64,000 nucleotides of DNA from assembly GCA_033723415.1 (NCBI GenBank), contig JAWVXD010000002.1, positions 160,001 through 224,000 on the forward strand. Reading direction: 5' to 3'. The position numbers and the translations under genes were made by a program. Shown piece by piece: positions 1 through 10,483 of the stretch (the first letter of the stretch is position 1; each line of letters opens with the position of its first letter). The notes beneath the pieces are model-generated. The model was not told the DNA's origin, did no database searches, and saw nothing but the letters and a program-made list of their open reading frames with translations. The stretch comes from Sulfurospirillaceae bacterium. Lineage in GTDB: Bacteria; Campylobacterota; Campylobacteria; Campylobacterales; Sulfurospirillaceae.

Positions 1-717
1 ACTTCCAAACATTACTTTTGGATGAGCGCTTAATGCTACTCTTAAAAGAGCTTCTCTGTCTTCAGGTGTTTTTGCTATCGGTTTACAAAAAAGATGAGGT
101 TTTAACATCCCTCCTGCCAAATCATCAAGAGTGATCAAAAGATGATGCAGCGTGATCGTAGCATATAAATTTTCATATTTATCAAGAAGCTCAACACTAT
201 GTTTTGTCGTTATATGCTCCATGATGATCTTGAGTTTAGGGAAATTCTTGGCAAATTGTTCATAAATCGTACCAAATTCTTTTTCTCTGTCCATCACAAA
301 ACCATTTGTCTCCCCGTGTACTAAAAGCGGTATTTCTAACTCACTCATAGCTTCGAAAGTCTCTCTTAGTGATTCTATATCCAGGTTGGCCACTCCTGAT
401 TCAGAATTTGTTGTTATCCCGGAGGGATATAATTTTATACCTTTGATATGTTCTTTAGCAACTTGCAAAAATTGAAAATCATAACTGTCTTTAAAAAATA
501 GTGTCATCAAAGGCTCAAACTTCTCATCTCCTACTGCTTTTTGAATATTTTTTTTGTATTCCAGCAAAGCTTCTATAGAAGTTATAGGAGGTACTAGATT
601 TGGCATCACTATAGCGGCTGCAAAGCTTTGTGCACTGAGCGGAGCCACCACGTTTAGCATATCCTTATCTCTTAAGTGAAGATGCATATCTAGAGGAGAT
701 TTTAATACAAGAGTCAT
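1..717 (-). CDS. pyrC: dihydroorotase (runs off window start; 3' part missing)
   Basis: Manual translation from ATG at 717: [21 protein letters not shown]...[10 protein letters not shown]...[13 protein letters not shown]...LLVHGE...IMEHITT; class II dihydroorotase motifs; AAGGA RBS upstream. Confidence 0.95.
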   Translation of the reverse strand, partial: MTLVLKSPLDMHLHLRDKDMLNVVAPLSAQSFAAAIVMPNLVPPITSIEALLEYKKNIQKAVGDEKFEPLMTLFFKDSYDFQFLQVAKEHIKGIKLYPSGITTNSESGVANLDIESLRETFEAMSELEIPLLVHGETNGFVMDREKEFGTIYEQFAKNFPKLKIIMEHITTKHSVELLDKYENLYATITLHHLLITLDDLAGGMLKPHLFCKPIAKTPEDREALLRVALSAHPKVMFGS

Positions 718-899
718 TATGATTATCCTTAAAGTGATTTTATATTATACCAAATCACAAAAGCAATCCGTATAATTTTTCTATATTTAGTAGAAATTAA
801 TATCTATTTAGTTAAAATCCGGCAAATTCTTAAATTACTCTATGCTTATAAACTCAAGTAATAAATTCTTTTTACAATCAATACATAGGAAAAATATAA

Positions 900-2381
900 A
901 TGTTTACTCTAAAAAATTATGATACTTCCAATACTAAAAATGACCTATTGTCAGGGGCAGTCGTAGCAGTAGCTCTCATCCCCGAAGCGATAGCTTTCTC
1001 TTTGGTAGCCAACTTTAACCCTTTGGTCGGTTTGTATACTGCGTTTATTTTGGGCTTGATCACTGCGATCATCGGAGGAAAACCGGGAATGATTAGTGGA
1101 GCAACCGGTTCTATGGTCGTTGTATTGGCATCTTTGGCACAAAGTCATGGCTTGCAATACGTGCTTTGGGCCACGATCTTAACAGGACTCATACAAATCG
1201 CCATAGGTGTTGCAAAGCTTGGAAAACTTATCAGATTTGTACCTCAACCTGCTATATTCGGTTTTGTAAATGGACTTGCAGTTGTTATTGCCATGAGCCA
1301 GTTGAAACTTCTTGGTAATGCTCATTACAGTATGTATATCATTATAGTAACAACGATGCTTATCATGTACTTTCTTCCAAAATATACAAAATCAGTACCA
1401 TCGGGACTTGTTGCTATTGTAGTTTTGACTCTTGTTGCTTACTTTTCCGGAATTGACACAAAAACGGTTGCAGATCTTGGAAATATAAGTGGAGGCTTGC
1501 CTAAATTTTCTATCCCTAATGCCCCGCTTAATCTCCATACTCTCATCACGATTTTGCCTTATTCTCTTATCTTAGCTTTGGTAGGCTTGATAGAATCGCT
1601 CTTGACACTATCTGTACTGGATGAGATGAGTGAAAAACGAGGAAGCGGGAATAAAGAGTGTATCGCACAAGGTATCGGCAATACGACTTGCGGTTTTTTC
1701 GGTGGCATGGCAGGATGTGCTATGATAGGGCAATCTATCATCAACTTTACATCAGGCGGTCTCACAAGACTCTCAAGTGCTACGGCAGCTATTTTACTCA
1801 TCACTTTTGTTGTACAGCTCTCTCACGTCATAGGTGTTATACCCATAGCTGTCTTAGTCGGGATCATGTTTATGGTCTCTATAGAGACTTTTGAGTGGGC
1901 AAGCGTTGCCAGACTTCGAAAAATGCATAAATCAGATGCATTTATTCTCATAACCGTCACGATAATCACTATCTTTGCAGATCTTGCAGTTGCAGTCATC
2001 TCAGGCGTGATCATCTCTGCCCTCGTCTTTGCATACCAGCAAGCCAAACTTACAAAAAAAACTAAAATAGAAGAAGACGGGACCAAAGTATATGAATTAA
2101 ACGGTCCGCTCTTTTTTGGCTCGGCAACTCAGTTTACAAACGATATCTTTGATCTAAAAGATGATCCTCAAAATGTTGTGATCGACTTCACCAATACCAG
2201 AGTTATGGATTCAAGCGGTGTAGAAGCGATAGATAAAGTGACAAAAAAATATACCGAACTTGGCAAAAGCCTAAAACTGCGACATTTAAGCGATGACTGC
2301 ATAGAAGCTTTGCAAAATGCAGGTAGATTTTGTATGCATGAGGTCGATAACCCGACCTATAAAGTTGCTAGAGATTACTAG
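900..2381 (+). CDS. SulP family inorganic anion transporter with C-terminal STAS domain
   Basis: LIPEAIAF, GGMAGCAMIGQS, GPLFFGS and DSSGVEA motifs; many TM segments. Confidence 0.93.
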   Translation: MFTLKNYDTSNTKNDLLSGAVVAVALIPEAIAFSLVANFNPLVGLYTAFILGLITAIIGGKPGMISGATGSMVVVLASLAQSHGLQYVLWATILTGLIQIAIGVAKLGKLIRFVPQPAIFGFVNGLAVVIAMSQLKLLGNAHYSMYIIIVTTMLIMYFLPKYTKSVPSGLVAIVVLTLVAYFSGIDTKTVADLGNISGGLPKFSIPNAPLNLHTLITILPYSLILALVGLIESLLTLSVLDEMSEKRGSGNKECIAQGIGNTTCGFFGGMAGCAMIGQSIINFTSGGLTRLSSATAAILLITFVVQLSHVIGVIPIAVLVGIMFMVSIETFEWASVARLRKMHKSDAFILITVTIITIFADLAVAVISGVIISALVFAYQQAKLTKKTKIEEDGTKVYELNGPLFFGSATQFTNDIFDLKDDPQNVVIDFTNTRVMDSSGVEAIDKVTKKYTELGKSLKLRHLSDDCIEALQNAGRFCMHEVDNPTYKVARDY

Positions 2382-3265
2382 ATCTCTAGCCTGTCTAAAT
2401 TAAACCTATCTTTAAAAGTACATTTTTTACATAACTCTTCGACGGCTTTATGTTTTTTAAAGCCGTCGATTATATTTTTGGCTTTTTGGCTTTCTAATAT
2501 ATCGCTTAAACTTGATGAATGCAAATTTCCCAGGTCCACAACTCCTTCTCCATCTAAACAACAAGGCACTACCGTTCCATCAGCAAGTATTGCCAGTTGG
2601 GAAGAAAGTCCATGACAAAAACCATCCGTACTGTTTGAACTTGATAGATTTGGCCACTCAAAATAGTGATCAAAGTGCACCAAAATCTTTTTTGCCAGCC
2701 TTATTGATCTTGGTGGATTTAAGATCATCTCTTCTTCAAATTTAATTTTAAAAAATGAAGAAAGTTTTTTAAAGATTTGCTGATTATAAGGATTTTCACT
2801 TCTATTTTCATCTAGATTCCATAACCTTAAATTTATAAATACCTCATCGTCGACTCTTTTTTCACAAAGCTTTAACACTTCATCCATATACTCATCAAAT
2901 GTGCATTTCATGTTGTTTTTATTGTAACTGTTTAGAGAGATATTTATCTGTTTTAGGCTTTTATGAAAAATATCTTCGTGTTTGCTCAGATAATTTCCAC
3001 TAGTCGTTATCATAACGTTGAATTTATATTTTTGGGCAATGTCAAGATAAGATTTTAGATTTGAAAGAGCTAAGGGATCACCTAATACATGCAATGCTAT
3101 ATCTTTTGTAAAAGGACTGAGCTCCATCAATATTTTTTCAAAGAAATCCAGCTCCATAACCATCTTGGGCTTTGTTTTTGTCGGACAGAAGCTACATTCC
3201 AAGCCGCAAATATTTGTGATCTCGATATATGCTTTATGGAACCTATGGGCTTTTCTTGGCATCAT
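2378..3265 (-). CDS. radical SAM protein with SPASM/twitch domain
   Basis: EITNICGLECSFC (CxxxCxxC); C-terminal C...ADGTVVPCCLD...CKKC. Confidence 0.9.
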   Translation of the reverse strand: MMPRKAHRFHKAYIEITNICGLECSFCPTKTKPKMVMELDFFEKILMELSPFTKDIALHVLGDPLALSNLKSYLDIAQKYKFNVMITTSGNYLSKHEDIFHKSLKQINISLNSYNKNNMKCTFDEYMDEVLKLCEKRVDDEVFINLRLWNLDENRSENPYNQQIFKKLSSFFKIKFEEEMILNPPRSIRLAKKILVHFDHYFEWPNLSSSNSTDGFCHGLSSQLAILADGTVVPCCLDGEGVVDLGNLHSSSLSDILESQKAKNIIDGFKKHKAVEELCKKCTFKDRFNLDRLEI

Positions 3266-4317
3266 ATGATCAACTCATTTTGTAACTCTTCAAATTCATT
3301 TTGTGCTGTGTCATTTTCGTGAAAATGCTCCATTCTGTCTTCCGCATTCTCAAGATTGCCAAATTTTGCTATATGAAAGATCGCATCTCCTTCTTGGACA
3401 AGCGGGATCTCTGATTTTCCTATTATAACACCTGCAAATGGAGTTTTTATTGAGAAAGTATTGTCTCCCAAAGGCTCGTCAATATAAGCTATGATCTCAT
3501 TTTTTACGACTATATCCCCTAAAGCTTTTACCGTTCTTAAGATACCACTTTCACTGGATCTCACCCACTGGCTGCTTCTAGATATGATAGGGGCTTTTTT
3601 GATCTTTTTGGTTTTCTTGCTAGATCCTTTTGGAAGCATTCCGTTTTCTCTTAGAACATTGACTATTCCTCTAACTCCTATTCGGATACTTGTCTCATCA
3701 AAGCGTAGTGCTTCTCCTGCTTCATAAAGTAAAATTGGAGTACCGTTCTCTTTGGCAACGGATCTGAGTGAACCTTCTCTTAGTTCTGAGCCCAAGACGA
3801 CAGGCGCTTCAAAAGCAATAGCCAATTTCAAAGTTTGTTCATGATCCAAATTTGTTCTGATCTGAGGAAGATTTGATTTGTGAATGGACGCCGTATGTAG
3901 ATCTATACCAAAATCACACTTACTTGCTATCTCACTATAAAATATATTTGCTACTCTACTAGCCAAAGAGCCTCTCTCGCTTCCGGGGAAACTCCTGTTT
4001 AGATCTCTTCTGTCAGGCAAATATCTAGACAAGGTCATGATCCCGTAAACATTTACGATAGGAACCAAAATGATCGTTCCTCTTAGTTTTTTTAGAATAA
4101 CTAACTTTCTGAACCTTCTAATGATCTCAATACCGTTTAACTCATCTCCATGTATGGCAGCACTGATAAAAATGATAGGACCTGATTTTTTACCTGATAT
4201 CACCCTGATCGGAAGTTTTGTAGGAGTATGATAAAGCTTCGGCAATTCTATATATATGTTTGTATTGCTGCCTTTTTGGATCTCAACTCCGCCGATTGTT
4301 AATTTTTCACTGCCCAT
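3262..4317 (-). CDS. succinylglutamate desuccinylase/aspartoacylase (M14-like) family peptidase
   Basis: HGDELNG, DLNRSFPG and IDLHT zinc carboxypeptidase-fold motifs. Confidence 0.92.
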   Translation of the reverse strand: MGSEKLTIGGVEIQKGSNTNIYIELPKLYHTPTKLPIRVISGKKSGPIIFISAAIHGDELNGIEIIRRFRKLVILKKLRGTIILVPIVNVYGIMTLSRYLPDRRDLNRSFPGSERGSLASRVANIFYSEIASKCDFGIDLHTASIHKSNLPQIRTNLDHEQTLKLAIAFEAPVVLGSELREGSLRSVAKENGTPILLYEAGEALRFDETSIRIGVRGIVNVLRENGMLPKGSSKKTKKIKKAPIISRSSQWVRSSESGILRTVKALGDIVVKNEIIAYIDEPLGDNTFSIKTPFAGVIIGKSEIPLVQEGDAIFHIAKFGNLENAEDRMEHFHENDTAQNEFEELQNELII

Positions 4318-4320
4318 GCT

Positions 4321-5244
4321 CTAGACTCCTATCTTATCCCTTGGTCCTCTTCTTGTCTTGGTCTTTGATTCTTCTATGTGCTTTTCTATGTAATCCATAA
4401 CTTTGCCTGCAACATCAAAGCCCGTAGCACTTTCAATGCCTTCTAATCCCGGAGACGAGTTTACTTCCATCACAAGCGGTCCTCTGGCTGAGGGGATCAT
4501 ATCAACGCCGCAAACTCCAAGTCCCATTGCACGTGCTGCCGAGACTGCCATGGCTTTTTCTTTTCTCCCCAGCTTGTAAGCCGTAGCACTCCCGCCTTGG
4601 TGAAGATTTGATCTAAAATCTCCCTCGGCACCTTGTCTTTTCATAGCCCCGACCACTTCTCCATTTACTATAATGGCTCTTATATCGGCACCTCCGGCTT
4701 CGGCTATAAACTCTTGAACAAGAAGATTGACGTTCATACCGTAAAATGCGTCTAAAACTGACTTAGCGGCTTTTTGAGTCTCGACCAAAACAACACCTAC
4801 ACCCTGTGTTCCCTCTAATATCTTCAAAACTAGAGGAGTTCCACCACTTAGTTTGATGATATCTTTTACGTCTGATTTATTGGAAGCAAAAACGGTTCTT
4901 GGCATATCTACATCATTTTTTGAAAGTATTTGCAAACTTCTCAGTTTATCTCTACTTCTTGCTATTGCTAAATTGCCTGCAACACTAAAAGCACCCATCA
5001 TCTCAAAGTGCCGCACCATAGCTGTTCCAAAAAAAGTTCTACTTGCTCCGATTCTGGGGATGATCGCATCTGGAGTATCTAAAGGTTTTCCATGGTAGTT
5101 GATCTTTAACTCCCCTTTGATTATTTCGATACTACAGGCAAGATAGTCTATGACTCTTATCTCCCAACCTTTTGCCAAGCCTGCTTCCAAGAGCCTTTTA
5201 GTTGAATAAAGATTTTCATTTCTTGACAATATATATACTTTCAT
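4321..5244 (-). CDS. rimK: RimK family alpha-L-glutamate ligase (ATP-grasp)
   Basis: [43 protein letters not shown]. Confidence 0.95.
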   Translation of the reverse strand: MKVYILSRNENLYSTKRLLEAGLAKGWEIRVIDYLACSIEIIKGELKINYHGKPLDTPDAIIPRIGASRTFFGTAMVRHFEMMGAFSVAGNLAIARSRDKLRSLQILSKNDVDMPRTVFASNKSDVKDIIKLSGGTPLVLKILEGTQGVGVVLVETQKAAKSVLDAFYGMNVNLLVQEFIAEAGGADIRAIIVNGEVVGAMKRQGAEGDFRSNLHQGGSATAYKLGRKEKAMAVSAARAMGLGVCGVDMIPSARGPLVMEVNSSPGLEGIESATGFDVAGKVMDYIEKHIEESKTKTRRGPRDKIGV

Positions 5245-5669
5245 TTTTTTCCTTCTTTTTTGGATAAATACTCTCCTGAGACATCAACTAAAAATCTTTT
5301 ATTCAAAAACTTCCTGCCGATCAACATCGGATACTGCATATCTTTTCTATTTGTCAAAGTTACTACTATCTGGTATTTTTTGCCAAAAAACATTGCCGTT
5401 ATCTTGATAGAGGGTCTTAGCTGCACTTCGCCGTTTGAGCTTTTTATCCTCTTCATTTTATATAAGGGAATGATCATTTTTTTGCCATGATAAGAGGGGT
5501 GAACCTTATCTAAAAGTTTAAAATGCACAAGATCATTCTCGTCTACTTCTATGTTATCGCAATGAATAGCACTAGAGTCAGCTCCGGTATCGATCTTGGC
5601 ATCCAAATCATATAATTCTAAATCCAGCAAATCAATAGATTCCAATCTACCTATAATTTTTTTATTTAT
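5241..5669 (-). CDS. RimK-associated retropepsin-like protease (RimB-like / 'ATP-dependent zinc protease' family); probable start is ATA at 5669 rather than TTG at 5645
   Basis: [13 protein letters not shown] and [12 protein letters not shown] motifs; in-frame upstream codons give [10 protein letters not shown] preceded by AAAGGA. Confidence 0.85.
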   Translation of the reverse strand: MNKKIIGRLESIDLLDLELYDLDAKIDTGADSSAIHCDNIEVDENDLVHFKLLDKVHPSYHGKKMIIPLYKMKRIKSSNGEVQLRPSIKITAMFFGKKYQIVVTLTNRKDMQYPMLIGRKFLNKRFLVDVSGEYLSKKEGKK

Positions 5670-5732
5670 AGAATATCCTTTAAGAAATTTGCATATTATA
5701 TAATTTTTGAAATAAAATTTTACTACTGAATA

Positions 5733-6098
5733 TTATCTTGGTTTGATGTCCTTGCTTTTGCCTCCTTTTAACCTTTCCATCAATGCAAAAAGACCCGGAC
5801 TTAGATATCTGACTTTATATCCTTTTGATGCAAGATAAAATCTTGCCATGTTAGATCGATCAGAGTATTGACAAGCAACTACCAATTCTTTGTCTTTTGG
5901 CAATTCTTCAAGCCGATCAGGCAGCTCATGGGTTGGGATTTGTAAACCAAAATTCATCTGCCATATAGCAATTTCAGGTTTAATCCTAACATCTATCAAT
6001 TCAGCTTTTCCTTCATTGTAAAGTGTTATAAACTCCTCTATATCTACTCTAATATCTTTCATATTTTTGGGCATTACTTCTCTAATGACATTTTCCAT
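5733..6098 (-). CDS. single-domain rhodanese-like protein
   Basis: LIDVR...LPKDKELVVACQYSDRS active-site loop. Confidence 0.88.
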   Translation of the reverse strand: MENVIREVMPKNMKDIRVDIEEFITLYNEGKAELIDVRIKPEIAIWQMNFGLQIPTHELPDRLEELPKDKELVVACQYSDRSNMARFYLASKGYKVRYLSPGLFALMERLKGGKSKDIKPR

Positions 6099-6112
6099 TC
6101 TATATTTTCCTA

Positions 6113-6301
6113 TTATTTATTTTCTTGTTTTAACTCATCCAATGCTTGCTGCATCACCTCTAATATCTTCTCACTAGCTACTCTATCATCCATCTCCGGA
6201 ACATTCCATCCTTCAAAGGTCATATTCATTTTATAGATTGCTCTGATCTCCATTCTGATCTCACTGCTTAGTGCTTCTACTCCTTTTGCTGTTTCATTCA
6301 T
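6113..6301 (-). CDS. small hypothetical protein in RND operon
   Basis: 62 aa ORF tightly packed between RND permease and rhodanese, AAGGA RBS. Confidence 0.7.
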   Translation of the reverse strand: MNETAKGVEALSSEIRMEIRAIYKMNMTFEGWNVPEMDDRVASEKILEVMQQALDELKQENK

Positions 6302-6303
6302 CT

Positions 6304-9300
6304 TTATTCCTTTCTGAGTTTATCTCTATCAAAGATATAAGCATACATAGGTACATAAATGAGTGTCAAAAGCGTACCTATCAAAAGACCGCCTATAGCA
6401 ACGTCTGCTAATGGACTGAGTCGCTCTAATCCAACTGCTTGCTCCAATGCTATAGGGATCATCCCTGCTATTGTACCAAATGCTGTCATCATGACAGGGC
6501 GAAACCTTATAGTAACACTGTCAATAGCACTTTGAAATGCACTCTTGCCTAATTTTTTATTTGCCTGATAAAAGTCTATCAGTAATACTGCATTTTTAAT
6601 AATGATTCCAAATAAAAGCAAAATTCCTAACAAACTCGGCATACAACTTGGTTTATCAAATAACAACATCCCCCAAGAAGCTCCTATCAAAGATAGCGGT
6701 AGTACTAAGATCATGATAAATGCCATTCTGACAGATCTGTAAATTGCTATCAAACTCATAGTAAGTATAATTACACCCAGTCCTATAGCTTTTAACATCC
6801 TGCCAAAACTGTCTGATATTTGTGCACTGTCACCTCTTTGTGAAACTATAAAATTATCAGATTTTACGCTTTTTAGAGCATTTATAGTGTCATCGGTAAG
6901 ATGTGTCACAGGTCTTTTTGCTCTATAACCGTTAACATCAAGCGAATAAAGCATATTGTCTCGCTCAATCTTGGCATATGTTAAACTCTTTTTTATGGTT
7001 GCAATTTGAGACAATGGGATCTCTCCAAATTTTGTTGTTATAGGCAATAGTTTTAAGGTTTCAAGATTTTTGGTAAATCTGTCTTTGAGATAAAGCCTCA
7101 CAAATTGTGTATTCATCGACTCTAGATTTGCATTAAGTGAGACTATTTCTCCTTTTATCGGGATCTGCATTGCTATATCAAAAGGGGTTATCCCGTAGCG
7201 TAAAGCTTTATTTCTGTCTACGTCTATTATGTATTCTGTAAAATCCTTACCCCAGCTTGTCGATACTGAAGTCAAACCTCGAACTGTTTTCATCGCCTTT
7301 GCAACTTTTTTAGAATATTCACTCATACCATCAAGAGTAGGTGAACTGATTCTTGAATCAACAGTAGCTTTTATACTGGAAACTGCAGTCGCTCCAAAGT
7401 CAAATACATCATTTCGCTTAAGTCCTTCAAGATGTGACAATTTTTCTCTGATTATATCCTCAAGCTGCCACAGTGTCTTGTGTCTTTTAAATCTGTTCAC
7501 GGCATTGATCGTGATCGTAGCTTCAGTAGGAAGATTGCCGCTGCCTAAGCTTAAAACTCCTGGTTCACTGCCAAATGCTATTGAACTTCTAATTACCCAG
7601 GATTGATCATTTAGCCATTTTAAAAAAGGCTTCAATCTCTTTTCTGCTCCCTCAACAGTTCCATTTGCGCTAAATGCTATCTGAGCTTTTATAATACCCG
7701 TATCCATAGGAGGCATAGCATCTTTACCAATAGTTGGCATAATATTTTTCATACTAAATACGAGAAATGCTACAACACTCATGGTCAAAGCCATTCTTCT
7801 TACTATCTTCCAGCCTCCGCCTCCGTTAGAAAATTTTATGATCCCTTCATAAGGAGCAACCAATCTTCCGATAGTATTTTCATAAAACCACTCAAATGCT
7901 CGTTCTATTTTTGTCTTTGTCACTCCATTTTTGTATAATCTGGCAGATAACAAAGGTATGAAAGTTATAGATAAGAAATAACTAACCAATAAAGCTATGA
8001 TCAAAGTTTCTATCAAAGGTTTAAATATTTTTTGAGGGAACCCGCCGACAAACATCAAAGGGAATAAGATAGCTACAGTTGCAAGAGTTCCTGCAAATAC
8101 CGGACTTAAAACTTCTTTCGTACCATTTTTTATGGCAGTTTGAAGATCTTCTTTTGTTTCGACAAGATGTCGTTCTATATTTTCCAATACCACAACTGCA
8201 TCATCCGTAAGCATTCCAAGCGCTAGGATAATTGCAGTATATATAACTATATTCAGCTCTCCTCCGCCTAACCAAATTATTGCAATAGTCGTAAAGAACA
8301 CCATTGGGATAGACAGCCCTGCCGCAATTATAGCTCTAAAGTTCCCTAAGAACACCATGATCACTATCAAAGTGTAAATCACCGCATCTCTTAGAGCTTC
8401 TAGCATATTTGTATTCGCCTGCTCTATCAAATCTCTTTGAGTATCACTTATCTCAAAATTTATATTTGGATATTTTATTTCTAATTTTTTCATTTCAGCC
8501 CTGGCGGCTTTGCTGACGTCTAAAACACTTCCACCGGGAGATCTTTGAATGGAAAGTGCTATAGAATCTTTTCCATTGCCGATGTAGCCGCTTGTTCTTT
8601 TTTGATGTCCCCATTTTACGGTTGCTATATCTTTTAGCCTTACATTCGGCTTGATTAATAGATTTTGCAAATTTAAAACATTGTCTTTTTCTCCATAAAT
8701 AGTAACCGTATAAAAACTGTTATTTCCTTTTATAAATCCTACCGGAATATCTTTGTTTTGAGCTAAAATAACTTTTGAAATCGTACCAAAATCTACTCCG
8801 TATTTCTTTGCTTTAAATGGATCTATCTCTACGTTTATAGCGCTTTCGTATCCGCCAAATACTTCTACATTGCCGATTGATTTGTTGCTTAGGAGGTGTG
8901 GCTTTATAAAGCTGTCTGCTATCTTCCTTATCTCTCCTAATGATATTGATGAATTTTTTGGACTCAATGCTATAACATCAACCGGAAGCGTAAAATCTCC
9001 TGCAGTATATATGGCAGGATTTAACCCTGTAGGAATGTTCGCTTTTGCGATATTTAGTGCATTGGCTACATCTACCGCTGCAGAATTTAAACTCTTTTTA
9101 TAGTCAAACTCAACACTGACGATTGACATATTTGGTACATTTACACTGCTTATATCACTCACAGAACCTAATCTTGAAAGTTCTTGTTCTATCGGTTTTG
9201 ATACTGTCGAGGCTGCCACTTTTGCAGTTGCTCCAGGTACTCTTGTGACAACCACGACTTTTGGAGGATTAGCGTCTGGAAAAAGATTTTTGGGTAGGGT

Positions 9301-9390
9301 GACTAGTCCGATGATTCCCATAATAAAGAATCCTGCTATCAGGCTGTAAAGAAGATAAGGCCTTTTATAAAAATATTCAAATAACATCAT
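6304..9390 (-). CDS. RND efflux permease (AcrB/CzcA family)
   Basis: 1028 aa; GMLTDDAVVVLENI and RFRPVMMT motifs. Confidence 0.95.
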   Translation of the reverse strand: MMLFEYFYKRPYLLYSLIAGFFIMGIIGLVTLPKNLFPDANPPKVVVVTRVPGATAKVAASTVSKPIEQELSRLGSVSDISSVNVPNMSIVSVEFDYKKSLNSAAVDVANALNIAKANIPTGLNPAIYTAGDFTLPVDVIALSPKNSSISLGEIRKIADSFIKPHLLSNKSIGNVEVFGGYESAINVEIDPFKAKKYGVDFGTISKVILAQNKDIPVGFIKGNNSFYTVTIYGEKDNVLNLQNLLIKPNVRLKDIATVKWGHQKRTSGYIGNGKDSIALSIQRSPGGSVLDVSKAARAEMKKLEIKYPNINFEISDTQRDLIEQANTNMLEALRDAVIYTLIVIMVFLGNFRAIIAAGLSIPMVFFTTIAIIWLGGGELNIVIYTAIILALGMLTDDAVVVLENIERHLVETKEDLQTAIKNGTKEVLSPVFAGTLATVAILFPLMFVGGFPQKIFKPLIETLIIALLVSYFLSITFIPLLSARLYKNGVTKTKIERAFEWFYENTIGRLVAPYEGIIKFSNGGGGWKIVRRMALTMSVVAFLVFSMKNIMPTIGKDAMPPMDTGIIKAQIAFSANGTVEGAEKRLKPFLKWLNDQSWVIRSSIAFGSEPGVLSLGSGNLPTEATITINAVNRFKRHKTLWQLEDIIREKLSHLEGLKRNDVFDFGATAVSSIKATVDSRISSPTLDGMSEYSKKVAKAMKTVRGLTSVSTSWGKDFTEYIIDVDRNKALRYGITPFDIAMQIPIKGEIVSLNANLESMNTQFVRLYLKDRFTKNLETLKLLPITTKFGEIPLSQIATIKKSLTYAKIERDNMLYSLDVNGYRAKRPVTHLTDDTINALKSVKSDNFIVSQRGDSAQISDSFGRMLKAIGLGVIILTMSLIAIYRSVRMAFIMILVLPLSLIGASWGMLLFDKPSCMPSLLGILLLFGIIIKNAVLLIDFYQANKKLGKSAFQSAIDSVTIRFRPVMMTAFGTIAGMIPIALEQAVGLERLSPLADVAIGGLLIGTLLTLIYVPMYAYIFDRDKLRKE

Positions 9391-9397
9391 CTATCCT

Positions 9398-10483
9398 TTA
9401 TCTTACGGCTTTTACTTTGATTCCACCAAGAAGCCTAAGTAATATATCCTGTTTTGCAACAATTATTTTCTCGTCTTTATTAACACCGTCTACTATGACA
9501 CCCTGTTCACCATTTGCCACAATCTTGATCTTTTTTGCTTTGGCCAAATCATTCTTTAGCACTAAAACATAATTTTTTCCGTTTCTATTTAGTATCGCAT
9601 CATGTGGTAGTTTAAAACCTTTGCCGTCAAAAATCACAACATCAATATTGATAGTTTGTTCACTAGCTAGACTCTCGTCTATGTTTGCCAAATATTCTAA
9701 AAGCCCATTCTTTGTCGTATTTAAAGGACTGAGAGAAAACTTTTTTTTGTTATATATGATCTCTTTTGCATGTATGCTTGCAGGAAGACTGACTAAGAGG
9801 TAACTGTTCGATCTTGCACTTATACTGATGATAGGCTTACCCATCATAGCTACATCTCCAACGTTTACAAGCTTGGTTACAGCACCGTTAATCGGTGACA
9901 ATATCTTAGTGTATGAGCGCATGTTCTCTACTGAAGCTTTATTTGCTGCAAGCTCTTTTATCTTGAATTTCAAAGTATCGATTCCGGATTTTAGCGTTTC
10001 CAAGTTTGTCACTTCTCTCTCAAACTCTTCTTGTGATGCTCCTCTAACGCTTAAAAGCTTTTGAGTTCTTTTATGTGTATTTTCTAAATTTTTTAAAGCT
10101 ATCTCTTTTGATTTTAATTGCGATTTTAGAGAAGATATATTTAGATTTAACGATTCTATTTGGGTTTTTAGCTCTTTATCATCTAATTTTGCGATCAAAT
10201 CACCTTTTTTAACAACTGTTCCGCTTGTAACTATGTATTTAATCCTTGCATTCACTCTAGAGCTTATTTTGACATCATCATTACTTTTTGTCAAAGCCAG
10301 ATAAGGAAGAGTCAAAATTGATTTTTCCTGCACGGGAGATAATGTTTTTACGTGTATTGCATATGTTATAGGTTTAGGAGTTTTAAGCTCTGCTGCTCTT
10401 TTTGCCTTTATTACCTTCATTCCTCCAACAACAATCGTACCTATTACACCTAATACAACTATAAAAGTCAACAACTTCTTCAT
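9398..10483 (-). CDS. RND periplasmic adaptor (membrane fusion protein)
   Basis: N-terminal anchor, lipoyl half-motifs (GTVVKKGDLIAKLD; ILSPINGAV), coiled coil. Confidence 0.92.
   Translation of the reverse strand: MKKLLTFIVVLGVIGTIVVGGMKVIKAKRAAELKTPKPITYAIHVKTLSPVQEKSILTLPYLALTKSNDDVKISSRVNARIKYIVTSGTVVKKGDLIAKLDDKELKTQIESLNLNISSLKSQLKSKEIALKNLENTHKRTQKLLSVRGASQEEFEREVTNLETLKSGIDTLKFKIKELAANKASVENMRSYTKILSPINGAVTKLVNVGDVAMMGKPIISISARSNSYLLVSLPASIHAKEIIYNKKKFSLSPLNTTKNGLLEYLANIDESLASEQTINIDVVIFDGKGFKLPHDAILNRNGKNYVLVLKNDLAKAKKIKIVANGEQGVIVDGVNKDEKIIVAKQDILLRLLGGIKVKAVR

Noticed and set aside
6113..6301. 62-aa ORF as RiPP precursor for the RimK/radical SAM cluster
   Set aside because: It is coupled to the RND operon, separated from the rimK unit by the rhodanese and a promoter-sized gap, and lacks repeat or core-peptide features.
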